A stretch of DNA of 64,000 bases from Verrucomicrobia bacterium UBA1319 (GTDB taxonomy: Bacteria > Verrucomicrobiota > Verrucomicrobiia > Limisphaerales > UBA1319): contig DBTJ01000170.1 in NCBI GenBank assembly GCA_002306985.1, positions 165-64,164 on the forward strand, in the 5' to 3' direction. Positions 1-8,516 of this stretch are shown piece after piece. The number at the start of each line of letters is the position of its first letter. The first letter of the stretch is position 1. The position numbers and the translations under genes were made by a program. The notes under the pieces were generated by a model. The model was given only the letters and a program-made list of their open reading frames with translations. It made no database searches and was not told the DNA's origin.

Positions 1-492
1 GTAGCACGGTTCGAGCTGTATGCGTGAAACTGACGCCGGGCGCAAATCTAGGCCCGGCCAATTGCCCCGACAACATCCATCTCCTTGTCCGCCTCGTTAC
101 CATTAGAAAACAAAGAGCCAAAAATTAGCGAGGCAATCCCATATAAAAACCCACAAAAACTGGGTTTGTGCCCCCGTGATACCCACCGATTACAACTTAC
201 TTTATCTGGTTTTAAATATGACAATTCACTACCAATATATGATTTTTATTAATATTATGGAATGATTTATGCTGCGTTATCCATGGTAATTACTTTCAAT
301 TTTATGAAATACAAACGTCTCTTCCCAAATCGTGACAGCCTAGCGATATTCGACAGAATATACTTGAATTCAACGTGTTATAGCCACAAACTGTTTTCGG
401 TTATGAATTACTTGTTCCTGGTTATCATGCTTCTTCGTAAAGCGATTGGGAATCGATGTAAACCTTCAGGAGCGATTCCCAGTTTATACGGC

Positions 493-3400
493 ATGCTTCC
501 CATCCGTTGTGGTTGGCTTGGGCTTTTTCTAATCCTGGCACCGCTCGCGCTGGCTGGGCCAACCATCGGGTTAGTGTCCAAGCCTATAGCTGGATTGCCT
601 GTCAGTGTTTCCGCCGCCGGCGACTCATATGCCTTAAACATCACCCCAAACGGCCAAAATATTCTTTTTCTAAGCTCAGCCAACAATCTAATAACCAATA
701 ACTTATGCATTGGTCTTTTTGATCTATATTTACAATGCCGCACTAACGGAGTGATTTCTTTGATCAGTGCGAATATTCAAGGAACAGGTGGCAACGACAG
801 TTCCTACTATGGAATAGCAACTCCCGATGGCCGGTTTGTCGTTTTCGAAAGTGACGCTAGTGACCTCGTAACCAATGACTTCAACGAGTCCGGCGATATT
901 TTTGTGCGCGACGTGCTCTCCGGCACCACCCGTTTGGTGAGTGTCAATCGAACCGGGAGTGGGAGCGGCAACGGTAACTCCTCAAATCCCGTGATTACAC
1001 CGGATGGGCGCTACGTGGCCTTTGTGAGTGAAGCCAGCGATTTAGTGGCGGGAGATGAAAATGGAATCCCCGATATATTTGTGCGTGATATGCAGACCGA
1101 AGAGACCATTCTGATCAGTGTCGGAGCTCAAGGAGGAACGAGTGGGGTGATCCGCGGATCGGATGCGCCCGCGATCACTCCTGACGGTCGGTTCGTCGCG
1201 TTCACCAGCGCCGCTTCCAATTTAGTGGCGAATGCCGTTTCGGCAGGGCAAGAAATATATGTTCGCGACCTGGTGGCAAATCAAACGCTTTGGGCTAGCC
1301 AAAATGCGAGCGCCAACACTCAACGCGCCGCGTATAACGTTTCGATCTCCGATGATGGAAAATACGTGGCTTTCAAGTTTTACACCGGCAAAACGTTTCA
1401 AATATATCGCGGCTCGCTGCTTGACCAAACCGTAGCGCTCGTCTGCACCAATGCAGTCGGCACTGGCTCGGTGGTTTCGGATGATTATGGCCCGATTATG
1501 ACTTCCGACGGCCGCTATTTAGTCTATTCGGAATACGGCTCCGATCAAAGCCTGCACTCCATCTGGCTTTGGGACGGCCAAACCCAGACCAAAACCTTAG
1601 CTAGCGTGTCACTAAGCGGACAACCCCTGGAAGCGGGGATTTGCGATAGCCCGGCGGTCACTCCCGACGGCCGGTATGTGGCCTTTCTAAGCAACGCCAC
1701 CAATTTGGTTGCCAATCCGGTCAATGGCGAATTCCAAGCCTACGTCCGCGACCTGCAAAGCGGCGTCACTACGCTCGCATCGGCGGATCCAGCCGGGGCT
1801 GCTTCCGGCTCAATTGATGGCAGCCTGCCGAGCCTTTCCGCGGATGGACGGTTTCTGTTATTCGACAGCCGCAGCGGGTCCTTGTGCCCCGAAGACCTCA
1901 ATGAATGCAGCGATGTTCTGCTGCGCGATTTATCCGTGCCGGTGACGGAACTCGTTTCCCGCGCCGCGCTCAGCATGCCCACTGGCGATGCTTACGCCGA
2001 CAGTATCATCGGCAATCAAGCGATGGATGCCTCCGGTCGCTATTTGGTTTTTACGAGTGAATCCGGCGATCTGGCGCCGGGCGACACCAACAAGGCCAGT
2101 GATATCTTCGTGTGCGACCTCCAAGTCGGTTCCAACACGCTGGTGAGTATCAACCAAGCCGGCACGGGCAGCGGTAATGGCGCCTCCTCGGGAGCCTCCA
2201 TTAGCGCCAATGGCCGCTATGTGGTTTTTACTAGCTTTGCCGGCGATCTGGTCCCTAACGACACCAACGAATTGACTGATATTTTCGTGCGCGACTTGGA
2301 GACCGGCGCGACACGCCTGGTTAGTGCCCGCGCCACGGGCGAAAGCCCAACCAGCACTTCACACGATGCCAGCATCAGCGCCGATGGCCGCTATGTGGCC
2401 TACTTAAGTTCTTACTCGGACACCCAAGTAACGGGCTCCGCCGCCAAGACCCACGGCAACGCTTTGCTCCGAGATCTGGTGACTGGGACCACCCGGCTGA
2501 TAGTGGCAAACACCTATCCCACCTCCTTGCAGATCAGTCCCGACGGTCGTTATGTCAGCTTTTTCCAAACAATCTCGTCCGCAGGAAATAAGCTCAGCGT
2601 GTTCGACGCGCAGACCGGTTTGATCCAATTGCTGGGAACCAGAGTCGTCGCCAACAGCTTCAGTGGGGACGGCACCAAATTGGTCTACATCGATTACTTG
2701 AATCTCACTAATTATTTAGTGGTGGTGGATTTGGCTCAGGGGACGAACGTAACCATGGCCTTGGGGCCGGGTAACTCGTCCAGGAGCCAGGCTTTGTCGG
2801 TGGGAAGCGATGGCCGTTGGGCGACGGTTTCCATTCGAGTCCCAGACGTGGGGCCGGGCACGAATCAGATCGAAAATGTGTGTCTTTGCGATATCCGCAA
2901 CGCCAATCTTGTCCTCGCCAGCGTGAACCAAACCGGCACGGCCGGCGGCAATGGCGCCAGCATTCGTCCGCGCCTCAGCAGCGACGGCCGTTATGTTGCT
3001 TTTCGCGGCACCGCCAGCGACTTGGTGGCGAACGATGTTAATGGCCTGAGCGATGTGTTTCTATTTGATCACCTGACCGGGAACACCTCATTGCTGAGTC
3101 ACGGGAAAGACGGCGTTTCCGGCGCCAATGGGTTTTCGCTAGGGGTAGCCATCGCTCCGGACGCGAAACGCGTGGTTTTCACCAGCGCGGCGTCCAATCT
3201 AGTAGATAACGACTGGAATAACGCAATCGACGTGTTTGCTTTGGAAATCGAACATGCCACGCCAAGTCCAACGGATCAACCCATCCGGCTGAGCGGCGCG
3301 ACCCAGCAGGACGGTCGGGCGACGATTCGATGGACAGCCGTTCCCGGCAATTCCTATCGCGTCCAGTATGCAGACTCACTGCAAGCATCCAACTGGCAAG

Positions 3401-3504
3401 ATCTGCCGGGAATAGTAACCATTGTGGGCGCTTCCGCTTGGCTGGTTGACGAAGTCACCCCGAGCGCTGCCCAGCGCTTCTATCGCGTGCGGACCGCCGA
3501 CTAA
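493..3504 (+). CDS. Secreted PD40/TolB-like beta-propeller repeat protein (about 16 PD40-type repeats) ending in the shared ...RFYRV C-terminal module
   Basis: The track ORF is 262..3504, but 262-492 is AT-rich and unlikely to be coding. The ATG at 493 gives a Sec-like signal, MLPIRCGWLGLFLILAPLALAGP. The unit (I/V)(T/S)PDGR(Y/F)V(A/V)FxSxASDLVxxDxNxxxDIFVRD recurs throughout. The last 73 aa (3283..3501) form the shared CTD. Confidence 0.85.
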   Translation: MLPIRCGWLGLFLILAPLALAGPTIGLVSKPIAGLPVSVSAAGDSYALNITPNGQNILFLSSANNLITNNLCIGLFDLYLQCRTNGVISLISANIQGTGGNDSSYYGIATPDGRFVVFESDASDLVTNDFNESGDIFVRDVLSGTTRLVSVNRTGSGSGNGNSSNPVITPDGRYVAFVSEASDLVAGDENGIPDIFVRDMQTEETILISVGAQGGTSGVIRGSDAPAITPDGRFVAFTSAASNLVANAVSAGQEIYVRDLVANQTLWASQNASANTQRAAYNVSISDDGKYVAFKFYTGKTFQIYRGSLLDQTVALVCTNAVGTGSVVSDDYGPIMTSDGRYLVYSEYGSDQSLHSIWLWDGQTQTKTLASVSLSGQPLEAGICDSPAVTPDGRYVAFLSNATNLVANPVNGEFQAYVRDLQSGVTTLASADPAGAASGSIDGSLPSLSADGRFLLFDSRSGSLCPEDLNECSDVLLRDLSVPVTELVSRAALSMPTGDAYADSIIGNQAMDASGRYLVFTSESGDLAPGDTNKASDIFVCDLQVGSNTLVSINQAGTGSGNGASSGASISANGRYVVFTSFAGDLVPNDTNELTDIFVRDLETGATRLVSARATGESPTSTSHDASISADGRYVAYLSSYSDTQVTGSAAKTHGNALLRDLVTGTTRLIVANTYPTSLQISPDGRYVSFFQTISSAGNKLSVFDAQTGLIQLLGTRVVANSFSGDGTKLVYIDYLNLTNYLVVVDLAQGTNVTMALGPGNSSRSQALSVGSDGRWATVSIRVPDVGPGTNQIENVCLCDIRNANLVLASVNQTGTAGGNGASIRPRLSSDGRYVAFRGTASDLVANDVNGLSDVFLFDHLTGNTSLLSHGKDGVSGANGFSLGVAIAPDAKRVVFTSAASNLVDNDWNNAIDVFALEIEHATPSPTDQPIRLSGATQQDGRATIRWTAVPGNSYRVQYADSLQASNWQDLPGIVTIVGASAWLVDEVTPSAAQRFYRVRTAD

Positions 3505-3593
3505 AACCGCCGCGACCTAACGCCAATAATCCCCTGGCAAACCGCGAGTTTTAGCCTATTTGGCCTGGGAAGACTGGCCGTCGCTTGGGGCAA

Positions 3594-3623
3594 ATTCACT
3601 TGGCCTGTGCCAGCCAAGTGAAT
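3594..3623. other. Perfect 11-bp inverted repeat (ATTCACTTGGC / GCCAAGTGAAT, 8-nt loop) about 90 nt downstream of the PD40 gene
   Basis: Read directly from the sequence. There is no T-tract on either side, so it is not a canonical intrinsic terminator. It could be a processing or binding site, or a weak terminator. Confidence 0.35.
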
Positions 3624-3988
3624 CCCTGAAAAAAAGCGCCTATTGTTCCCCTAAGCGTCGCGATCAGCAGTACCGTTGGAACCAAGATACGTTTTTGCAG
3701 AGTCCAGTTCATGGCTCAAAAAGCCGCATTCGACGTTTCGTATCGGTAAAATTCAAATTCTTGAGTCCCTCCCGATACCCCCGGTTGGTAATATCAACAT
3801 CCGCACGGCATCGGTTAAATCCTTTTGTCGCCTTACTTGCGGTGGTTGAAAAATTCAATTCCAACTCGCTCACGGATGTTTTTGGAATTGGATTACGGTG
3901 AATAAACCAGCGAAACGACCTCACTTCATCGCTTTATCGGTAAAACGAAGAACGCAGCATGTCGGTGTGGGAGTGAATCGTAGCCCCC

Positions 3989-4059
3989 CGCAATCCCGTT
4001 GCGCGATCGGCGAAGACGCGGCTAACCCGCAATCGTTCCGCAATGGAAACGCAATCCTT
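3989..4059 (+). repeat. Four CGCAAT boxes, three of them phased at exactly 11 bp (ccgcaatcgtt / ccgcaatggaa / acgcaatcctt at 4027..4059) and one more at 3989..3994
   Basis: Read directly. The hexamer starts at 4028, 4039 and 4050, one helical turn apart, in a gene-free spacer between the PD40 gene and tRNA-Ser. Confidence 0.6.
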
Positions 4060-4172
4060 TTCAGCTGTAACGGCGCGCCCCCGCGGTGAATTTTGGAAAC
4101 CGATGGCGCTTGCCTAGCTATCGGTTCGTATCGGCGAGGAAAGTTTCCGCGAAGCGCGGTTTAAAAGAAATT

Positions 4173-4260
4173 TGGCGGAGAGAGGGGGATTCGAACCCCC
4201 GTTGCATTGCTGCAAACACGCTTTCCAAGCGTGCGCGATCAACCACTCTGCCATCTCTCC
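4173..4260 (-). tRNA. tRNA-Ser (anticodon GGA), class II with long variable arm, CCA encoded
   Basis: The reverse complement reads GGAGAGA-TG-GCAGAGTGGTTGATCGC-G-CACGC-TTGGAAA-GCGTG-TTTGCAGCAATGCAAC-GGGGG-TTCGAAT-CCCCC-TCTCTCC-G-CCA. It has a 7-bp acceptor stem, a perfect 5-bp anticodon stem with loop TTGGAAA, a 5-bp variable-arm stem and a canonical GTTCGAATC T-loop. There is one A-C mismatch in the D stem. Confidence 0.9.
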
Positions 4261-4355
4261 AGGCCAGCGCAAATATTTTGCCCTAGCCGCCGTCCCAACG
4301 CAACGTTTTTTCAAAACGGGTTTTTTACTAACTTCAGCCCTTCCAAATGTCGGGG

Positions 4356-5339
4356 TTATTCCATCGGGAATTTAAAACCCCAGGAGGCGCGGAGGGAATC
4401 CATGATTTCGAGGATGGCCAGGGATTCGTCCAGCGGCATGAGGGGACATTCGAGGCGGCCCTGGCGCAGGCAATCCATCACTTCGAGGATTTCGAATTGG
4501 TAGCCGCCACCCGGGTACGGCAGGCGCACGGTTTCGACCGGATTTTTTCCGCGCGTTATCATGAACGCGCTGGGTTTCCAAAGCGGGGCATCAATGATCA
4601 GGCTGCCTTCCGTGCCATAAAACACGGCCTGTTTCGAGGAGGTCACGGTAACCGAGGCGGACAGCGAAGCCAGGATGCCCTTCGGAAATTTAAGGATCGC
4701 GGCGAATTGTTCATCGACGCCGGACGCCGTCATAACCGCCTGGCCGGAGGTGGACAACGGGCGGCCGAAGAAATGGCACGCTAAAGAAATCACATACACC
4801 CCCACATCCAATAGCGCGCCGCCGCCCAAGGCGGGATTGAGCAAACGGCCTTGGGGATCGCGCCCCGCGTCATGACCGAAATCCGCCGTCATGGTTTTCA
4901 CCGCGCCAATGGCGCCCTCGCCGAGCACGGAGCGACAATGCTTCACGAGCGGGAAAAAGCGCGTCCACATGGCCTCCATGAGAAAGAGCTTTTTGCTGCG
5001 CGCCAGGGCGATGAGACCGCGCAACTGGGCGGCGTTAATAGTGAACGGCTTTTCGCACAAAACCGGTTTGCCGTTCTCCAGCATAAGCCGGGCGTTCTCG
5101 GCGTGGGCTTGATTGCGCGAGGCGACGTAAACAATATCGATTTCCGGATCGGCGGCGAGTTTCTCGTAGCTATCCCAAACCCGTTGAGGCCGAAAATCCT
5201 GGGTAAAACTGGCGGCGCGCTCGCTCGAGGTCGTCGCCACGGCGGCCAGGCGGGCGCCCGGCGTGGTCACCAGGTCGCGCGCGAATTTGCGGGCGATATT
5301 CCCCGCTCCCAGAATGCCCCAACGAATGTTTTCTTCCAT
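4356..5339 (-). CDS. Gfo/Idh/MocA family NAD(P)-dependent oxidoreductase
   Basis: The N-terminus MEENIRWGILGAGNIARKFARDL is a Rossmann GxGxxA motif, and EKP is present (CEKPF). The track ORF starts at a TTG (5396) that would overlap the trpA 3' end, so the first ATG at 5339 is preferred. Confidence 0.85.
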   Translation of the reverse strand: MEENIRWGILGAGNIARKFARDLVTTPGARLAAVATTSSERAASFTQDFRPQRVWDSYEKLAADPEIDIVYVASRNQAHAENARLMLENGKPVLCEKPFTINAAQLRGLIALARSKKLFLMEAMWTRFFPLVKHCRSVLGEGAIGAVKTMTADFGHDAGRDPQGRLLNPALGGGALLDVGVYVISLACHFFGRPLSTSGQAVMTASGVDEQFAAILKFPKGILASLSASVTVTSSKQAVFYGTEGSLIIDAPLWKPSAFMITRGKNPVETVRLPYPGGGYQFEILEVMDCLRQGRLECPLMPLDESLAILEIMDSLRASWGFKFPME

Positions 5340-5376
5340 AAGCAAAGTTCGATTTAAGGTCGCCCACCTGGCGGCC

Positions 5377-6174
5377 TCAAGCGCGCACGGCGTCAACCAG
5401 CGTTTTCACAAAGCCGGCCACTTGGGGCACCAACTCGGGCGACGGGCCCCATTGGGCGATCCGGTTCACAATGGCGCTTCCCACCACCACGGCATCGGCG
5501 CTGGCCGCCACTTCGCGCGCTTGGACCGGCGTCGAAACGCCGAACCCGACCGCGATGGGCAAATCCGTATGCGCGCGAATCGTGGCGGTCTTGGCGGCAA
5601 TCGTGTCCGCCACTTTTTCCTGCATGCCGGTGACCCCTTCGCGCGACACGTAATAAATAAAGCCGGAACCGCGTTTGACGATTTGCGCCACGCGCGCTTC
5701 CGGCGTGGTGGGGGCCACTAAATAAACGGAGCAAAGCCCGGCTTGCTTCATCAAGGGCTCGAATTTGCCCGCCTCTTCGGGGGGGAGATCGAGCACGAGC
5801 AACCCATCCACGCCCGCCTGCGCCGCTTGCGTCGCAAATCGTTCCAAGCCGAAACGGTGAATGAGGTTAAAATAAATGTAGAGAACGATGGGCACTTGCG
5901 ATTCCCGACGGATGGCGGCCACCGTTTCGATCACTTTGGCGGGGGTGGCCCCCGCTTCCAAACCGCGCTGGGCGGCCAACTGGTTGACGATGCCATCGGC
6001 CAACGGATCACTGAAAGGAACGCCCAATTCGAGGACGTCCACCCCGACCCGATCAAAAGCGATGGCCAGCCGCCGAGTGGCCTCCAAATGGGGATCGCCC
6101 GCGCCGATATACACCACGAGGCCTTTTTGGCCTTGAGCCCGCAACCGTTGAAACCGTTCGACAATGCGATTCAT
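5377..6174 (-). CDS. trpA: Tryptophan synthase alpha chain
   Basis: From the internal ATG at 6174: MNRIVERFQRLRAQGQKGLVVYIGAGDPHLEATRRLAIAFDRVGVDVLELGVPFSDPLADG...GFIYYVSREGVTG. The length of 265 aa is typical for TrpA. Confidence 0.9.
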   Translation of the reverse strand: MNRIVERFQRLRAQGQKGLVVYIGAGDPHLEATRRLAIAFDRVGVDVLELGVPFSDPLADGIVNQLAAQRGLEAGATPAKVIETVAAIRRESQVPIVLYIYFNLIHRFGLERFATQAAQAGVDGLLVLDLPPEEAGKFEPLMKQAGLCSVYLVAPTTPEARVAQIVKRGSGFIYYVSREGVTGMQEKVADTIAAKTATIRAHTDLPIAVGFGVSTPVQAREVAASADAVVVGSAIVNRIAQWGPSPELVPQVAGFVKTLVDAVRA

Positions 6175-6299
6175 GACGCCGGGATTTTCGTTCGGAGCTT
6201 CCCCGGAGGCAAGCGGCAAGTTTGAGAAACAACGAGCCGGAATGGGCCGCCGCCGGAAGCCTTGCTTCCCGAACCCAGGTTTGCGATGGTAAACCCTTG

Positions 6300-8516
6300 A
6301 TGTATTGGACACCGAAAATCGCGAGCCGATGCCAACTGGCCATCCACCGGACGGCATCCCTATGGATCTTGCTGATTTTGCTGGCCTGGACCGGTTGCGC
6401 CACCCGCCAGCCAGCGTCCGCCCCGGCCGCCAGGCAATCGCTGCCGGAAGCCGCGGCCACCTTCGACGCGGCTTGGGACATCATTAACCGCACCCATTAC
6501 GACACGAATTTCAACGGGGTAAATTGGCGGCGGGTGCGGGAGGAATTGCGGCCCCAGGCGGAGGCGGCCACTTCAACGGAGGCATTACGCGCGGTCCTGG
6601 AAGCCATGGTGCATCGGCTGGGGCAATCGCATTTCGGCATCATCCCTTCCGGCCCCAATTTGCGCGCCACCTCGCCACCGCCTAATATTTCCGCGACCAA
6701 CGCCCCGGCGCCTAAACCATCCCCGGTGGCAACCGCCGAGCCCGAGCGCGCCGCCGGAGATATCGGCATCGAATTGCGCCTCTGGAAACGCCAATACCTC
6801 GTCAGCCGTGCGCATACCAATAGCCCGGCGTGGCAAGCGGGCGCGCGCCCCGGTTGGTTGCTGGACAAAGTTAATGGCGTGCCCGCGAAATCGCTGGCCG
6901 CCGGCGCCAAGGGGTACAACCGCCGCCACCGCGAGGAAATCGCCTGGGCGGCGATGTGCGAGTTGCTCAAAGGCGCGCCCGGTTCCCGGGTGGAGTTGGA
7001 GTTTCTCGACGGCCAAAACCGCAAAGTGGCGATCACCTGCGAACGGGCGCCAACGGCAGGGGCCGCCACTAAACTCGGTTTTCTGCCCACTTTCTACGCG
7101 CGACTCGAAAAAGCCCATTTGCGGCTCTCACCCAACACGCGGGCGGGCCTGATTCGCTTTAATATTTGGATGCCTTCCCTATCGGCCGCCTTGGATCAAG
7201 CCATCGATGAGATGCGTAATGAGGATGGCATTATCATCGATTTGCGCGGCAATCCCGGGGGGCAAGTCACCATGGTGATGGGCATGTCCGGCCATTTTCT
7301 CGGAGACCACTATTCCTTGGGGGCTCTACGCACGCGCGACGCCGTGTTGCACCTGACGGCGAACCCGCGTCTGGTGGACGCCTCCGGGCATAGCGTCCCG
7401 CCGTTCGCGGGACCGGTGGCGATTCTGGTGGATGATTGTTCTTTTAGCGCCAGCGAGATTTTTGCCGGCGGCATGCAAGCCATCGGCCGGGCGCGCGTCT
7501 TCGGGCAATCCACCGCCGGCATGGCCTTGCCGGCCACCGTGGACACACTGCCTAACGGAGACCGCATGGTCCATGCGTTTGGCGATTTTGTGGCGCCCAA
7601 CGGCACTCGCTGGGAAGGCCGGGGTGTCATTCCGGATACCGCGACGCCACGGCGGCGCGCCCGCTTGCTGGCTGGCCATGATGACGCCTTGGAAGCCGCC
7701 GAAGCCTGGATCGCCGCCCAAAAACGCCATCACACGCCCCCCAGTCCACTAGCGGTGATTCCCCCAAGCGCGCCCACCACCAACCACCTGGCGGCGCCCG
7801 CCACCGCGCCCGCGGCGCGCGATGCCAGTCTGCCGTCGGCGGCCGAAGTGCTGGCCAAATATGTGGCCGCCTGCGGAGGGCGTGAAGCGCTGGCCAAGCA
7901 TCACTCGATGCATTTCAAAGGCACCGTCCGGTTGCCGGCGCAGGGATTCAATGGCCAGACGGAGATTCTACAGGCGCGCCCAAACAAGTTTTTGACCCGC
8001 ATTTCGTTTAAATCCAAGCTGCTGGATTTGCGAATGACCCAAGGATACGACGGCAAGACGGGCTGGATGATCGATCCCACCGCGGGGCCCATGCTAATGA
8101 AAGGCAATTCGTTAAGCCAATTGGAGGACCAAGCCGACTTTGAAGCGCTCTTCCACGACGCCCGGCTCTACCAGAGCATGGAGATCACGGGCCAAGAGTT
8201 ATTCGAGGGGAAACCGTGCTATAAAATGCGCTCGATCTCGAAAACCGGCGCGGAATCGACCGAGTTTTTTGACGTCGAAACCGGCTTGATCGCCGGCACC
8301 ATATCCCGGCAGGAAACGATCCTCGGCAGCATTCCCGCCACCACCGTGCTTTCCGACTACCGGCGCTTCGACGGTCTGCTGACGCCCACCCGATACACCA
8401 TCAAATGCATCGGCTTCGATATCATCACCGTTATCGAAAGCCTGGAATTCGACCAGGTGGAGGATTCGGTGTTCGCCCTGCCGCCCCAAATCGAGGGGCT
8501 TCTGCAAAAACCATGA
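6300..8516 (+). CDS. S41 (tail-specific/C-terminal processing type) peptidase, probable lipoprotein, with an extra C-terminal LolA-like/lipoprotein-sorting-like domain
   Basis: S41 signatures IIIDLRGNPGGQV and FSASEIFAGG are present. The ATG at 6300 gives MYWTPK...LWILLILLAWTGCATRQ, a possible lipobox. The C-terminal ~230 aa (AEVLAKYVAACGG...YKMRSISKTG...) resemble LolA-like beta-barrel proteins; this is from memory and unverified. Confidence 0.78.
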   Translation: MYWTPKIASRCQLAIHRTASLWILLILLAWTGCATRQPASAPAARQSLPEAAATFDAAWDIINRTHYDTNFNGVNWRRVREELRPQAEAATSTEALRAVLEAMVHRLGQSHFGIIPSGPNLRATSPPPNISATNAPAPKPSPVATAEPERAAGDIGIELRLWKRQYLVSRAHTNSPAWQAGARPGWLLDKVNGVPAKSLAAGAKGYNRRHREEIAWAAMCELLKGAPGSRVELEFLDGQNRKVAITCERAPTAGAATKLGFLPTFYARLEKAHLRLSPNTRAGLIRFNIWMPSLSAALDQAIDEMRNEDGIIIDLRGNPGGQVTMVMGMSGHFLGDHYSLGALRTRDAVLHLTANPRLVDASGHSVPPFAGPVAILVDDCSFSASEIFAGGMQAIGRARVFGQSTAGMALPATVDTLPNGDRMVHAFGDFVAPNGTRWEGRGVIPDTATPRRRARLLAGHDDALEAAEAWIAAQKRHHTPPSPLAVIPPSAPTTNHLAAPATAPAARDASLPSAAEVLAKYVAACGGREALAKHHSMHFKGTVRLPAQGFNGQTEILQARPNKFLTRISFKSKLLDLRMTQGYDGKTGWMIDPTAGPMLMKGNSLSQLEDQADFEALFHDARLYQSMEITGQELFEGKPCYKMRSISKTGAESTEFFDVETGLIAGTISRQETILGSIPATTVLSDYRRFDGLLTPTRYTIKCIGFDIITVIESLEFDQVEDSVFALPPQIEGLLQKP

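Noticed and set aside
262-492. N-terminal extensions proposed by the ORF track for several genes: 262-492, 6175-6357 (trpA), 6222-6299, 8405-8512 (queA), 15019-15120, 17229-17276, 19384-19422, 22295-22384, 32871-32918, 39645-39761, 50450-50686.
   Set aside because: The extensions start at non-ATG codons or lie in AT-rich or neighbouring-gene sequence. They also add non-homologous residues ahead of canonical N-termini or signal peptides. Internal ATGs give the expected protein starts, and for 50449 there is an AAGGAG RBS.
3560-3924. ORFs 3560..3901(+, 113 aa) and 3709..3924(-, 71 aa) in the spacer between the PD40 gene and tRNA-Ser, considered as possible remnants of an integrase or island.
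   Set aside because: They overlap each other and start at non-ATG codons. Their compositions are unremarkable and no motifs are recognisable. No integrase-like sequence was seen, and no direct repeat of the tRNA 3' end was seen by eye (the search was not exhaustive).
4261-4355. AT-rich hairpin CGTTTT-TTC-AAAACG followed by GGTTTTTT between tRNA-Ser and the oxidoreductase gene, considered as a terminator. A TTGCGT...AAATAT tRNA promoter was also considered.
   Set aside because: The stem is only 6 bp and almost all A/T. The T-tract is on the plus strand, where no gene ends. The promoter spacing (about 19 nt) is poor. The evidence is too weak to report as features.
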